Assembly: GCA_041649675.1 (NCBI GenBank) | Contig: JBAZMQ010000001.1 | Span: forward strand, 64,792-128,791 | Length of the DNA: 64,000 nucleotides | Source of the DNA: Patescibacteria group bacterium | GTDB taxonomy: Bacteria > Patescibacteriota > Patescibacteriia > Buchananbacterales > UBA6539 | Reading direction: 5' to 3' | Part shown: piece after piece, positions 46,249-56,546 of the stretch | Position numbering within the stretch: the stretch's first letter is position 1 | Layout: each line of letters begins with the position of its first letter | Notes under the pieces: model-generated | Told to the model about the DNA's origin: nothing | Database searches by the model: none | Seen by the model: only the letters and a program-made list of their open reading frames with translations | Translations under genes and position numbers: made by a program

Positions 46249-47096
46249 TAAAAACAGTGGAAAAAATAATTGATACTTTAGTCAGCGGCTTGGTAAAGTC
46301 TAAAAAAGATATTTTAAGTCGCAAGTGGTTTTTGTTTCTGGTTTTGGCTTTATTCATTGTTTTGTTTCTCAGTTTCGGCTTTGATTTAGCCTTGGTTTTG
46401 GTGTTGATTTTGATTTTTTGGTTTTACCAATGGGATAGCAGAATTTTACTTTTTCCCGCTGGGATTTTTTTGGCGGTTGGTTTGATTTCTATGGTTTATC
46501 AACAAGACGATTTAGCCCGTTTGGCGGCTAGCTATATTTATTACTTCTTTTTGGCAGTTGGTGTTTTACAAATTCAAAAATTGAAAGAGCCTAGAGAAAA
46601 ATTTTTGAAGGCAAACGATCAGATTGACGATTTATTAATTCCCTTGGCCAATCAAGCCAATTTAGCCAAAAGAACTAAAAAAATGTTTTGGTCTTACAAC
46701 CAAGATGGTCTGCTAATCTCCGGGGTAAATATTTTAATAATTTGCGGCTATTTGCTATTTTTTGGCGCTAATTGGCCAAACCAACAAAACTATTATCAAT
46801 TTATCGTACTATTGTTAATCCTTTTGATTGTCAATTCGTATCTTTTCTTTGAAAAGCAGGATAGTAAAACCAAATGGTTAAGCAAAAAAGCAATATTGAA
46901 ATTTTTTGAAAATAGAAACAATGTTTTATTACTTTTGATTAATGTTTCAATTATCAGTATCTATCTGTTGTTATTTGGTTTTACCTGGCCCAGAAGCGGC
47001 AATTATGGCCGCTTTTTGGGTTTGGGTTTTTTCTTGCTAGTGATTAATGTTATTGCCCTTTTGGATATTTCCAATGAAGATAAAAAATATGATTAA
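46245..47096 (+). CDS. Integral membrane protein, unknown
   Basis: Multiple TM segments. Confidence 0.4.
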   Translation: MIKTVEKIIDTLVSGLVKSKKDILSRKWFLFLVLALFIVLFLSFGFDLALVLVLILIFWFYQWDSRILLFPAGIFLAVGLISMVYQQDDLARLAASYIYYFFLAVGVLQIQKLKEPREKFLKANDQIDDLLIPLANQANLAKRTKKMFWSYNQDGLLISGVNILIICGYLLFFGANWPNQQNYYQFIVLLLILLIVNSYLFFEKQDSKTKWLSKKAILKFFENRNNVLLLLINVSIISIYLLLFGFTWPRSGNYGRFLGLGFFLLVINVIALLDISNEDKKYD

Positions 47097-48771
47097 AACA
47101 ATAAAAGAAAACAGCTTAGCAATTTTGTTTTTCTTTATCGCTGCGGCTTTGATAATCTGGCAGCTGTTTTTACCCGGTTACGTTTTAACTTTGGATATGG
47201 TTTTTACGCCAAAAATAAAAATATTTTTGGCTAGTGGTGAGTTTTATAATAGCCTACCTTTTAAGTATTTGTTGGCCGCTGTCAATTATTTATTGCCCGG
47301 CTGGGTTATCCAAAAAATTGTTTTTCTTTCATTATTTTTTTCAATTGGCTATTTGGCTTATTATTATTTACCGCTGCCAAAAAAGAATTTTGCTCCGTAC
47401 TGGGCTGGCCTGTTTTTTTTGGCCAATCCTTTTGTCTATGAAAGATTTTTGGCCGGAAATTGGCTGTTACTTTTTGGTTATGCCGGCTTGCCATTTTTTA
47501 TCTATTATTTGCTGAAATTTTTTCAGCAGCCAAATTGGCCAAATAGTCTTGGGCTAGTTTTTAGCTTACTGCTAATTGGGCTTTTTTCTTTGCATCTGTT
47601 TACCATGGCAATCATTTTATTTTTTGGTTTGACAATTTATAAATTAATCAAAGCCGGGGTGGCTAAAAAAATTGATTTGGTCAAAAAAATATTTGTAAAA
47701 CTATTAATTGTTGGCATCTTAACTTTTTTGTTTAGTAGTTACTGGTTAGTACCATATTTTTTAAACGCCCAACAGTCAGTTATTAATAATTTTAATCAAG
47801 AACAATGGACAGTATTTAAAACGGCAACAAATTCCAGTTTAGGAACGACCTTAAATGTTTTGAGCCTTTACGGTTATTGGGGGGAAAACCAACCCTGGGC
47901 AAATTATTTTTTGTGGCCAAGGGCCAATTTTATTCCTTGGTTAATAATTGCAATCTTACTTTTTTGCCTGGTAGTTATCGGTTTTTGCCAAGGGCGAAAA
48001 AGTAAAAACAGGGAAGTCACTGTCATTTTTTTGGTTGTTGGTTTGATGGGTTTTATTTTTTCCTGTGGGCTTAGCGATACTATTTTTAAAAGTTTAAATT
48101 TATGGCTTTTTAAACATATCTGGTTTTGGCAAGGATTCCGTGATAGTCAAAAATGGACCGCTTTTTTAGTTTTAAGTTACGTATTTTTTGGCGCCCTGGG
48201 GGTTGATGCCATCTTAGATTTTGCAAAAAGAAAAATAAAACCAGCGGTAAAAATTATTTTGATTATATTGTTTACCATTCCGGTTTTATACACTTATACA
48301 ATTTGGGGCGGCTTTGGCCGGCAGCTACAGCCAGTTTGGTATCCCAATAGTTGGTCTGAGGTGAACAAAATTTTAAATCAGGATCGGGCCGGGGATTATC
48401 AGGTCTTGTTTTTACCCTGGCATCAATATTTATCTTTTAAATTTAATCAGTATTTAATCATTCAAAATCCGGCTAAAGATTATTTTGATCAACCAATAAT
48501 TCAAGGAGAAAATATGGAATTAGGCGGCGTTTGGGGTCAGGGCCAAAATTTATTAGTTCAAAAAATTGAAGACATTTTAAGGCAAAGCAGTGATGAATCT
48601 CAGCCGGAAACACTAAGAAAGCTGGCTTTGGAGGGGGTAAAGTACATTATTGTAAGCCATGACTTAGAAGGAATGAAACAGGCCATTAATTTTATTCCTG
48701 TTGAGTCAGCTGAACTAAGGCAAGTTTTTGATGCTGAGGACTTGACTTTGTATCAAATTATGTTAAGATAA
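47047..48771 (+). CDS. Polytopic membrane protein (about 12 TM plus C-terminal domain), second GT-C-like candidate
   Basis: Topology only; alternative starts at 47074 or 47089. Confidence 0.4.
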   Translation: MLLPFWIFPMKIKNMIKTIKENSLAILFFFIAAALIIWQLFLPGYVLTLDMVFTPKIKIFLASGEFYNSLPFKYLLAAVNYLLPGWVIQKIVFLSLFFSIGYLAYYYLPLPKKNFAPYWAGLFFLANPFVYERFLAGNWLLLFGYAGLPFFIYYLLKFFQQPNWPNSLGLVFSLLLIGLFSLHLFTMAIILFFGLTIYKLIKAGVAKKIDLVKKIFVKLLIVGILTFLFSSYWLVPYFLNAQQSVINNFNQEQWTVFKTATNSSLGTTLNVLSLYGYWGENQPWANYFLWPRANFIPWLIIAILLFCLVVIGFCQGRKSKNREVTVIFLVVGLMGFIFSCGLSDTIFKSLNLWLFKHIWFWQGFRDSQKWTAFLVLSYVFFGALGVDAILDFAKRKIKPAVKIILIILFTIPVLYTYTIWGGFGRQLQPVWYPNSWSEVNKILNQDRAGDYQVLFLPWHQYLSFKFNQYLIIQNPAKDYFDQPIIQGENMELGGVWGQGQNLLVQKIEDILRQSSDESQPETLRKLALEGVKYIIVSHDLEGMKQAINFIPVESAELRQVFDAEDLTLYQIMLR

Positions 48772-48846
48772 TAAACTAATTTAGACTATTAATAAATTGG
48801 CTTGAATTCCTAAGAAATGAGCTAAATCATTGATTTCTTTATCTTT

Positions 48847-50643
48847 ATGTTTAAAATTATTAAAAAAGCAAAAACTAATATTATTTTGAGTATCTGTGCT
48901 ATCGTCTGTATTGTTTATCTTTCAGGCCATTTAGGCTTAGGGCAATTTTTACGCAATCACTTAGCTTTTGGCTATGGTGGTGGCGGCGGGGCTGTGATTC
49001 TGCCAGAGATTGTTGCTATCAACAAACCTCTATATATTCCAACCGAATTTCGTGGTGGCAGGCAGTTTAGACAGCTTGATGGCGTGTCGGTTACCCTGGA
49101 AGTTCCACCATTAGTGACTTCTGGCTATACCATGTTTGATACCGAAATTACTTCAGTTAACTCCAGTAACAGGCCTTGTGTTGAAGGAAACTTTGTGTTG
49201 GCCGATAAAGTATTTACCATTATTGCTAATGATGTTGACGGACACGAGGTCACCAGTTTTCCTCGCGGCTTAACTGTTTCTCTAACTCTGGCTAATTTAC
49301 CAGCCGATACGTCTAACGTTGGTATCTATTATTTGAATAATAACAGCCAGTGGGTTTTAGGCCAAAAAGCCATTTTTGATAATGTTAACAATCGGACATC
49401 ATTTCAAATTAAAGACTTGGGCGTGATTGCCTTAATCAATGCCCCGGGCTTACCCCGGGTAATTGAAGCCGGTAGTCAATGTTCAGTTAGGCCTCAAGTT
49501 TTGGGTATTAAGCAATATTCTGAAGGCACGCCGCTAAGAACTTGTGACGGTGAAACCTATATAGTTTCAGGGACAAAAATTATTAAGCAAGTAAAAAAAC
49601 CGCCTTTAACGGCAAAAACCTTTGAAGGCAAAACAATTTATGATGTTGACTTTTCCGTGATTGTTGAGCTCAGCGGCCAAAGGTATGATGGCAAAAATTA
49701 TAAGAATGGCGATCTTTTAAGGACTTGCGATTGGAAAATTTACCGAGTGGAAAATCAAAAATTACGTCATATTGGCACCTGGCAAGAATTACATGAAAAA
49801 TATGAAGGTCAAAAAATTAATAACGTTGACTATTGGGTAATTGCCGATTATCAACAATTACCGGTTTTAAGTCCTAGTCAGCAAGTTTTGGGGGTTAAAC
49901 AGTATGCTGACGGTTCGTTGATTAGGACCAGTGACGGCCGAATTTATATTATTGAAAATCAATCAGCCAGATACATTAGCAGTCTTGATGAGCTTAAAAA
50001 GTATGCAAATCAAAAAATTTATAATGTTACAAGTGATGTTGTAATCCAATACAACCAGCCGAATGTTGAATATAATTCAAATAAGGTATTGGGAGTTAAA
50101 TTTTATGCTGATGGTACATACTTAAGAACTCGGGACTGGAAGGTGTACGTAGTGGAAAATCAAAAAGCCCGGCAAGTGGCCACCATGATTGCTGGTTCTC
50201 AGGATTACTATTTGGGCCAAAAAATCTATGATGTTGATTATGGCGTTATTGCTCAATATACAACTCAGCAATCTTCAGTCGCTACTCAACAGGTCTTGGG
50301 GGCAAAAAGTTATGCCAACGGTACACTTTTGAGAACTGCCGACGGTAAAGTTTACATCGTGGATAATCAAAAAATTAGACCGGCTGATCAAGCTGATTTA
50401 CAAAATCGGGGTAACAGCAAATTATATGATGTCAATTACGATACGATTACTAATTATGGTGGACAGTCAGTTTTAGGGGTTAAGCTTTATGCCGATGGCA
50501 CTTATCTTAAAACCCCAGATTGGCGCTTATATGTAATTGAAAACCAAAAGGCAAGATATATTGATACGATTGCTGCCAGTCAAATATCATATAATGGCCA
50601 ACCGGTGTATAACGTTGATTACGGAGTTTTGACACAGTATTAA
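48847..50643 (+). CDS. Secreted repeat protein with about 7-8 tandem ~55-aa repeats (VLGVKxYADGTLLRTxDGKVYVVENQKARxI)
   Basis: N-terminal TM/signal; repeats are visible directly in the translation; family not recognised. Confidence 0.5.
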   Translation: MFKIIKKAKTNIILSICAIVCIVYLSGHLGLGQFLRNHLAFGYGGGGGAVILPEIVAINKPLYIPTEFRGGRQFRQLDGVSVTLEVPPLVTSGYTMFDTEITSVNSSNRPCVEGNFVLADKVFTIIANDVDGHEVTSFPRGLTVSLTLANLPADTSNVGIYYLNNNSQWVLGQKAIFDNVNNRTSFQIKDLGVIALINAPGLPRVIEAGSQCSVRPQVLGIKQYSEGTPLRTCDGETYIVSGTKIIKQVKKPPLTAKTFEGKTIYDVDFSVIVELSGQRYDGKNYKNGDLLRTCDWKIYRVENQKLRHIGTWQELHEKYEGQKINNVDYWVIADYQQLPVLSPSQQVLGVKQYADGSLIRTSDGRIYIIENQSARYISSLDELKKYANQKIYNVTSDVVIQYNQPNVEYNSNKVLGVKFYADGTYLRTRDWKVYVVENQKARQVATMIAGSQDYYLGQKIYDVDYGVIAQYTTQQSSVATQQVLGAKSYANGTLLRTADGKVYIVDNQKIRPADQADLQNRGNSKLYDVNYDTITNYGGQSVLGVKLYADGTYLKTPDWRLYVIENQKARYIDTIAASQISYNGQPVYNVDYGVLTQY

Positions 50644-50761
50644 ACTTTTAGATAGTAAAATGACGTCACTCTAACCGGTGACGTCATTTTTTGTTTTTAA
50701 CATTGAATTTTTTATAGAAAAATGCTATAATTAAGTTATAACTATTAAAAATGTTTTTGTT

Positions 50762-52465
50762 ATGAAAAAAGTTATAAAATCAAAGATATTCTGGGCAATA
50801 ATTATTATTTTGCTCGTTGTTGGCGGCTTGGCTTTCCAATTCTTAGGCAAAGGTAAAGAGGTTAAATATGACACGCAATTGGTTAAATTAGGTGATGTAG
50901 CTCAAACGGTTACGGCCACCGGCCAAGTCAAATCAGCTTCAGAAATTGAATTAAATTTCAAAAATTCCGGGCAAATTAGCGCCATTAACGTTAAAGTTGG
51001 CGATGCCGTAAAAGCCGGGCAAATTTTAGCTACTCAAAAAGCTGCCGCCTTGCAAATTAATATCACTAAATATAGCAATGAATTGGCTCGGGCCAAGGCA
51101 AATTTAGCTAAAGTAAAGACCGGTGCTACTAAAGAAGATATTGCCGTTTATCAGGCCGCCCTTGAACGTAGCCAAGCTGATTTAGCTAGCGCTCAAACCA
51201 ATTTGGAAAATACCAAATCCACTTATCAACAAGCTTTAGATAACGGCAAGCAAAATATAATTATTGATGTCAGTAATTCAATCAGCAAGGCTAATATCTC
51301 TCTGCAGCGAATTAATGACACTTTAAATTACAAGGGTAGTTCTAGTAATTTAATCACTTACAATTCTACTTTGCGCGATCAAGTTAATAATGAATATACA
51401 ATTGCCACCAGCCGGGTTGGTCAAGCTCTGACGGCTTATAATGCCATTGGTACTAGTAATGATGATGCTAAAATTGATTCAGCCGTTGACCTTATTTTAG
51501 CTACTTTGATTCAAGTAGATGCCGCGGTAAATGATCTTGGGCAATTACTAAATTATGCTGTTGTTAATTCAACTTTAACTCAAGCTGAATTGGATGCTTT
51601 AAAAACCGCGGTGAATACTGACAGGGCAACGGCTGATAGTAATGTTAGCGCCATGCAGGACTCAAAACATGATTTGGAAGTCGCGAGACTAAATTATCAA
51701 ACTGAAGTGGCTGATGCCCAGGATGCGGTTAGAACAGCGGAAAAAAATTTGGCCAAAGCCGAAGCTGATTTGCAATTCAAAACTGCACCAGCTAGGCCCG
51801 AAGATATTACATTATATGAAGCCGCTGCGAGAAATGCCCAAGCCGATTTAGAGTTAGCAATTGATAATTACAATGATACTATTATTAAAGCGCCAATTGA
51901 TGGCGTAATTACCGAGGTTAATTACGAAGTTGGCGAGCAGGCCGGGTTCAGTCAAACTGTTTCCGGAAATGCAGTAATCAAAATGTTGGCTAATCAAAAT
52001 TATGAAATTGAAGTTAATATTCCCGAATCTGATATTGCTAAATTAAATTTAGGTGATAGTGTTGATATTACCCTGGATGCTTTTTCCCAAGATGATATCT
52101 TTGCTGGCAATGTGACGGTAATCGAACCAGCCCAAACCAAGATTCAAGATGTAGTCTATTATAAAGTTACAGTTATATTTTCTGGTGAGCAAGCAGAGAA
52201 TGTTAAAAGTTTGATGGCCAAAATTAAGCCAGGAATGACGGCAAATGTTACTATTAAAACGGCTAAGGTTTCTAATGTTTTAGTTATTCCTTTGCGGGCG
52301 GTAAAGGAACAAGATGGTAAAAAAACAGTCCAGATTTTAGAAAATAGTTTACCAAAAACAGTTGAAGTCCAATTGGGCTTAAAAGGTGATGAAGGGCTAG
52401 TTGAGGTTAAAACCGGTTTAGTCCAAGGACAAAGTGTAATTACCTATACGCCCGGAGCTAAATAA
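50762..52465 (+). CDS. HlyD-family periplasmic adaptor / membrane-fusion protein
   Basis: N-terminal TM, long coiled coil and a beta-barrel/lipoyl-like C-terminus. Confidence 0.55.
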   Translation: MKKVIKSKIFWAIIIILLVVGGLAFQFLGKGKEVKYDTQLVKLGDVAQTVTATGQVKSASEIELNFKNSGQISAINVKVGDAVKAGQILATQKAAALQINITKYSNELARAKANLAKVKTGATKEDIAVYQAALERSQADLASAQTNLENTKSTYQQALDNGKQNIIIDVSNSISKANISLQRINDTLNYKGSSSNLITYNSTLRDQVNNEYTIATSRVGQALTAYNAIGTSNDDAKIDSAVDLILATLIQVDAAVNDLGQLLNYAVVNSTLTQAELDALKTAVNTDRATADSNVSAMQDSKHDLEVARLNYQTEVADAQDAVRTAEKNLAKAEADLQFKTAPARPEDITLYEAAARNAQADLELAIDNYNDTIIKAPIDGVITEVNYEVGEQAGFSQTVSGNAVIKMLANQNYEIEVNIPESDIAKLNLGDSVDITLDAFSQDDIFAGNVTVIEPAQTKIQDVVYYKVTVIFSGEQAENVKSLMAKIKPGMTANVTIKTAKVSNVLVIPLRAVKEQDGKKTVQILENSLPKTVEVQLGLKGDEGLVEVKTGLVQGQSVITYTPGAK

Positions 52466-52470
52466 GGTTT

Positions 52471-53574
52471 ATGCCATTTAAAAAGTACTTCTTCGGCTTA
52501 AAGAATTTTGATTGGCTGTTATTTGGTTCGGTTTTGTTATTAATCTGTTTTGGCTTGGCGGCAATATATAGTATTGCCATTAGTTCAGATAAACCCGATT
52601 TTGTTAATTTTAATAAGCAAGTAACCTTTGCCATCTTAGGCTTATTTATTTTATTTTTTCTTAGTTTTTTAAACTATCGGTTGTGGCAAGACTTTAGTTA
52701 TTTAGCTTATACTTTTACGGCAATTTTATTAGTGGCCGTAGTTTTTTTTGGTAAAACTATCAGAGGCACTACCGGCTGGTTTTCTGTTTTAGGTTTTAAT
52801 TTTCAGCCAGTTGAATTGGCAAAAGTTGCCTTGATTATGTTTCTGGCCTGGTTTTTGTCACAGAAAGGAGAATCAATCAAAGAGCTAAAGAATTTTTTTA
52901 TCGCCGGTGGGATTGCCGGTTTTTATTGTCTCTTAGTTTTAATGCAACCGGATTTTGGTTCAGCCGTAATTCTGTTTTTAATTTGGTTATTAATGATGAT
53001 TTTTGCCCAAGCGGACAAAAAACATTTGGTGGCCTTATTCATTTTGTTAATTTTAGCCGGTGTGATGGCCTGGTTTTTCTTTTTGCAACCTTATCAAAAA
53101 GATAGAATTTTAACTTTTTTAAGTCCTCAAGCCGATCCTTACGGTCGGGGTTATCATGTTAGACAAGCTATGACTGCCGTTGGCGCCGGTGGCTTATTAG
53201 GTCAGGGTTTAGGCTTTGGCTCTCAAAGCCAGTTGAAATTTTTGCCGGCCAGCCAAACCGATTTTATTTTTGCCGTTATTGCCGAAGAACTTGGATTTTT
53301 TGGGGTTGGTTTAGTTTTCTTTTTTTGGTCAATAATTTTATATCGTTTAGTTAAAGCGGCAAAATCGGTTAAAGACAGCTTTGCTTTATTTTTTATTTTG
53401 GGTGTTTCGGCAATGTTTTTTTGCCAAATCATTATCAATATTGGTATGAATATTGGTATCGTTCCGGTAACTGGTATTTCTTTGCCGTTTTTAAGTTACG
53501 GCGGCAGTTTTTTAGTTTCTAGCCTAGCTTTAATTGGAATTGTTGAAAGTATGATAACAAAAAACCAAAATTAA
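52471..53574 (+). CDS. SEDS-family peptidoglycan polymerase (FtsW/RodA)
   Basis: PVELAKVALIMFLA, LQPDFGSA and FIFAVIAEELGF motifs. Confidence 0.85.
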   Translation: MPFKKYFFGLKNFDWLLFGSVLLLICFGLAAIYSIAISSDKPDFVNFNKQVTFAILGLFILFFLSFLNYRLWQDFSYLAYTFTAILLVAVVFFGKTIRGTTGWFSVLGFNFQPVELAKVALIMFLAWFLSQKGESIKELKNFFIAGGIAGFYCLLVLMQPDFGSAVILFLIWLLMMIFAQADKKHLVALFILLILAGVMAWFFFLQPYQKDRILTFLSPQADPYGRGYHVRQAMTAVGAGGLLGQGLGFGSQSQLKFLPASQTDFIFAVIAEELGFFGVGLVFFFWSIILYRLVKAAKSVKDSFALFFILGVSAMFFCQIIINIGMNIGIVPVTGISLPFLSYGGSFLVSSLALIGIVESMITKNQN

Positions 53575-53630
53575 TAATTGCAGCTAGATTTGACAAAAAA
53601 TGGATAATTAGCTATATTAGAGTATAACTT

Positions 53631-53966
53631 ATGGAGGAAAAAATCTTTAATTTATTTAATAATACACCGACTTTGATTACCCACTGTCCAGTTTGCAATG
53701 TGCGTTATAACCCTCTGGAAGCTAAAGTTTTGGAAGAAGGGGATAATGCTCATTTGATTTATATCAAGTGTAAGGTTTGTCGGGCAGCGATTTTGGCCTT
53801 AATTATTACCAATAGTTTGGGTGTTAGTTCGCTAGGCTTGATTACGGATTTAGATACTGATGATGTTTTGAAATTCAGATCAGCTAAACCAATCAGTTGT
53901 GATGATGTAATTGAAATTCATCAACTTCTCAGTAAACAAAAAGTATTAATTGATTGTTTTGAATAA
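53631..53966 (+). CDS. Small zinc-ribbon protein (CPVC...CKVC), unknown
   Basis: Cys4 arrangement. Confidence 0.35.
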   Translation: MEEKIFNLFNNTPTLITHCPVCNVRYNPLEAKVLEEGDNAHLIYIKCKVCRAAILALIITNSLGVSSLGLITDLDTDDVLKFRSAKPISCDDVIEIHQLLSKQKVLIDCFE

Positions 53967-53990
53967 ATTTAATAATTAAATAAATCTAAA

Positions 53991-54644
53991 ATGACTTTAA
54001 CTTTAAATGTAAAAACCAGAGTTCAAAAAGCTAAAGCGGTTGCCCAGCTAAGAAAAGCGGATAAAATTCCGGCGGTTTTATATGGTCACAAAATTAAACC
54101 TTTGAATTTATCTATTGCTTACTCTGATTTTGAAAAACTCTACCGCCAGGCTGGTGAAAGTACTTTGGTTGATTTGATTGTTGATGACGGTAAACCGGTC
54201 AAAGTTTTAATTCAAGATTATCAGCTTGAACCAAAAACTAATCGTTTTATTCATGTTGACTTTCACCAAGTGAGAATGGACGAAAAAATTCACACTGAAA
54301 TTGGACTTAAATTTATAGGTGAAGCCCCGGTGATTAAAGAAAAAGGCGGAATGATGGTAACTAATATTCATGCCGTTGAAGTCACTTGTTTGCCCCAAGA
54401 TTTAGTTCATGAAATTGAAGTTAATATTTCGGGCTTAAAAACTTTTGACGACGCAATTCATGTGGCCGATATTATTGTGCCAAAAGGCATAACCATTCTT
54501 AATGTCCCAAATGACGTTGTAGTCTTGATCCAAGCCCCGAGAACCGAAAAAGAATTGGCCGACTTGGAATCTAAACCGGAAGTTAAGGCCCCGATTGAAA
54601 CCGAAGCCGTTGCCGAGGGTGGTGAATCAGAAAAGTCGGAATAA
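53991..54644 (+). CDS. rplY: 50S ribosomal protein L25 (general stress protein Ctc form)
   Basis: LNVKTRVQ...IPAVLYGHK...FIHVDFHQV; long Ctc-type C-terminal domain. Confidence 0.85.
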   Translation: MTLTLNVKTRVQKAKAVAQLRKADKIPAVLYGHKIKPLNLSIAYSDFEKLYRQAGESTLVDLIVDDGKPVKVLIQDYQLEPKTNRFIHVDFHQVRMDEKIHTEIGLKFIGEAPVIKEKGGMMVTNIHAVEVTCLPQDLVHEIEVNISGLKTFDDAIHVADIIVPKGITILNVPNDVVVLIQAPRTEKELADLESKPEVKAPIETEAVAEGGESEKSE

Positions 54645-54790
54645 GCTAAGAAATTTTTGTCACTATTAGACCCCGATTTAACCGGGGTCTTTATATTTAT
54701 TAAGTATTAGTCAAGGGGCAAATTTAAAGCCATTTTTTTGGCCCAGATCATCTTGCCTAAACGGTAAAAATGAGTTAATATTTAGTTACT

Positions 54791-56407
54791 ATGTCCTTAA
54801 CTTTATATCGAAAATATCGGCCCCAAAGCTTTAAAGAAGTGGTTGGCCAAAATCACATCAAAACTACTATCCAAAGCGAGTTGGAAACCGGCAATATTGC
54901 CCATGCTTACTTATTTTCCGGACCCCGGGGTTTAGGTAAAACCACAACGGCCCGGCTTTTGGCTAAAGCGGTAAATTGTTTAAAGCGAAAAGAGGGAACC
55001 AGCGAACCTTGTAATGCCTGTGATTCTTGCAATGAATTAATTGAAGGTCGGTCTTTGGATATCATTGAAATTGATGCTGCTTCCAACACTGGCGTTGATA
55101 ATGTCAGAGAAAATATTGTCAATAATTCCCGCTTTACGCCAACTAGCCGCAAATACAAAGTATTCATTATTGATGAGGTTCACATGCTTTCAATTTCGGC
55201 TTTTAATGCTTTGCTTAAAACGCTAGAAGAACCGCCGGCTCATGCCATTTTTATTTTAGCCACCACCGAAATCCATAAAGTCCCGCAAACAATAATTTCG
55301 CGCTGCCAGCATTTTGATTTTCGTAAAGTTTCTCAGCAGGAAATTGTCGGTCGCTTGGGTTTTATTGTTGGCCAGGAAGGCCGGATTGTTGACAAGTCAA
55401 TTTTGGAAAACGTCGCTTACTATTCCGAAGGTTGCATTCGTGATGCTGAAAGTCTTTTGGGACAATTGTTATCTTTAAGTGATAAAGAAATTACCGTAGA
55501 GCAAGCAGAATTAGTTTTACCACGCTCTCATTTTGGTTTAGTTTTAGAACTGATTGAAAATTTAAATAAAAAAGACGTAACCGCTTGTCTGACTTTGATT
55601 AATCATTTGGTTTCTGAGGGAATTGATTTGGAAAGATTTGCCGCTGATTTAATTGAAGTTTTAAGAAAAATTCTTTTGATTAAAGTCAGCAGCCAGCTTG
55701 GCCAATTTAGCAGTGGTTTAAGCAAAGATTTGGAAAAAAGAGTAACTGAGCTTTCCGGCCAAATTTCTTTAGAACTTTTGATTAAAACGATTGAAATAAT
55801 GTTGGCCAAGAAACAAGAGTTAAAGTATTCGGATATTTCCCAGCTGCCGTTAGAATTGGCAGTTTTAGAAATTATAAAAAACCAGCCAGAAATCAAAAAG
55901 GATGACAATAATGATTTAGGCGGGTGGGGGAATCAAAGTCAAACCGGTGAAACTAAAGAAAAGCCAAAAGAAACAAGCCGACCGATTTTAGCTGACAAAA
56001 CTGATAAAGCCCAAGAAACCAAGCCAAAAAAAAATTTGGCCAAGGTAAAAATTACAATTGAGCAGATTCAGGATAAATGGCAAGATATTTTGGTTTGTTT
56101 AAAGAAATATAATCAAAGTCTGGCTTCAACTTTAAAAATTTCTCAGCCTTCAACGGTTGGCGAAGACGGAGTATTGGAAATTTGTTTTAGGCACAAATTT
56201 CACCAGCAACGGATTAATGATTTAAAAAATAAGCAAATTTTAGAAAAAGTTTTAGCCGAAGTTTTGGGTCAGGATTTAATCATTAAGACAATAGTGGTTA
56301 AAGATTTGCCTAATCAGCAACGAGAAATCCAAACTTTAGGGCAACCAGAAGTTGATAATTCTTTGGATGATATTTTGAGTAATTTCGGCGGGCAGGTAGT
56401 TGATTAA
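54791..56407 (+). CDS. dnaX: DNA polymerase III subunit gamma/tau
   Basis: AYLFSGPRGLGKTTTAR, Cys4 zinc module (CNACDSC), DEVHML, SRCQHFDF. Confidence 0.9.
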   Translation: MSLTLYRKYRPQSFKEVVGQNHIKTTIQSELETGNIAHAYLFSGPRGLGKTTTARLLAKAVNCLKRKEGTSEPCNACDSCNELIEGRSLDIIEIDAASNTGVDNVRENIVNNSRFTPTSRKYKVFIIDEVHMLSISAFNALLKTLEEPPAHAIFILATTEIHKVPQTIISRCQHFDFRKVSQQEIVGRLGFIVGQEGRIVDKSILENVAYYSEGCIRDAESLLGQLLSLSDKEITVEQAELVLPRSHFGLVLELIENLNKKDVTACLTLINHLVSEGIDLERFAADLIEVLRKILLIKVSSQLGQFSSGLSKDLEKRVTELSGQISLELLIKTIEIMLAKKQELKYSDISQLPLELAVLEIIKNQPEIKKDDNNDLGGWGNQSQTGETKEKPKETSRPILADKTDKAQETKPKKNLAKVKITIEQIQDKWQDILVCLKKYNQSLASTLKISQPSTVGEDGVLEICFRHKFHQQRINDLKNKQILEKVLAEVLGQDLIIKTIVVKDLPNQQREIQTLGQPEVDNSLDDILSNFGGQVVD

Positions 56408-56429
56408 ATTTTAGATTTTATTCGGCCTC

Positions 56430-56520
56430 AGAGCTCGGGGATCGCCCGCCTACGCCTGCGGCTTCGGCGGGCAGGTCTAACTTGACCTGCTGTAGATTGG
56501 AAGGGTGGGGAAGTGTTTAA
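56430..56520 (+). other. GC-rich structured intergenic element (two stable hairpins) whose 5' part duplicates the first 11 nt of the adjacent tRNA
   Basis: CTCGGGGATCG (also the start of tRNA-Gln); GCCCGCC...GGCGGGC stem; GCAGGTC-taactt-GACCTGC hairpin. Confidence 0.4.
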
Positions 56521-56546
56521 AAAATTTATATCTCTTGTGTCCACTT

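Noticed and set aside
56430-56520. SRP (4.5S) RNA next to dnaX
   Set aside because: dnaX often neighbours ffs, but the conserved domain IV motif (GGAAGCAGCC) is absent.
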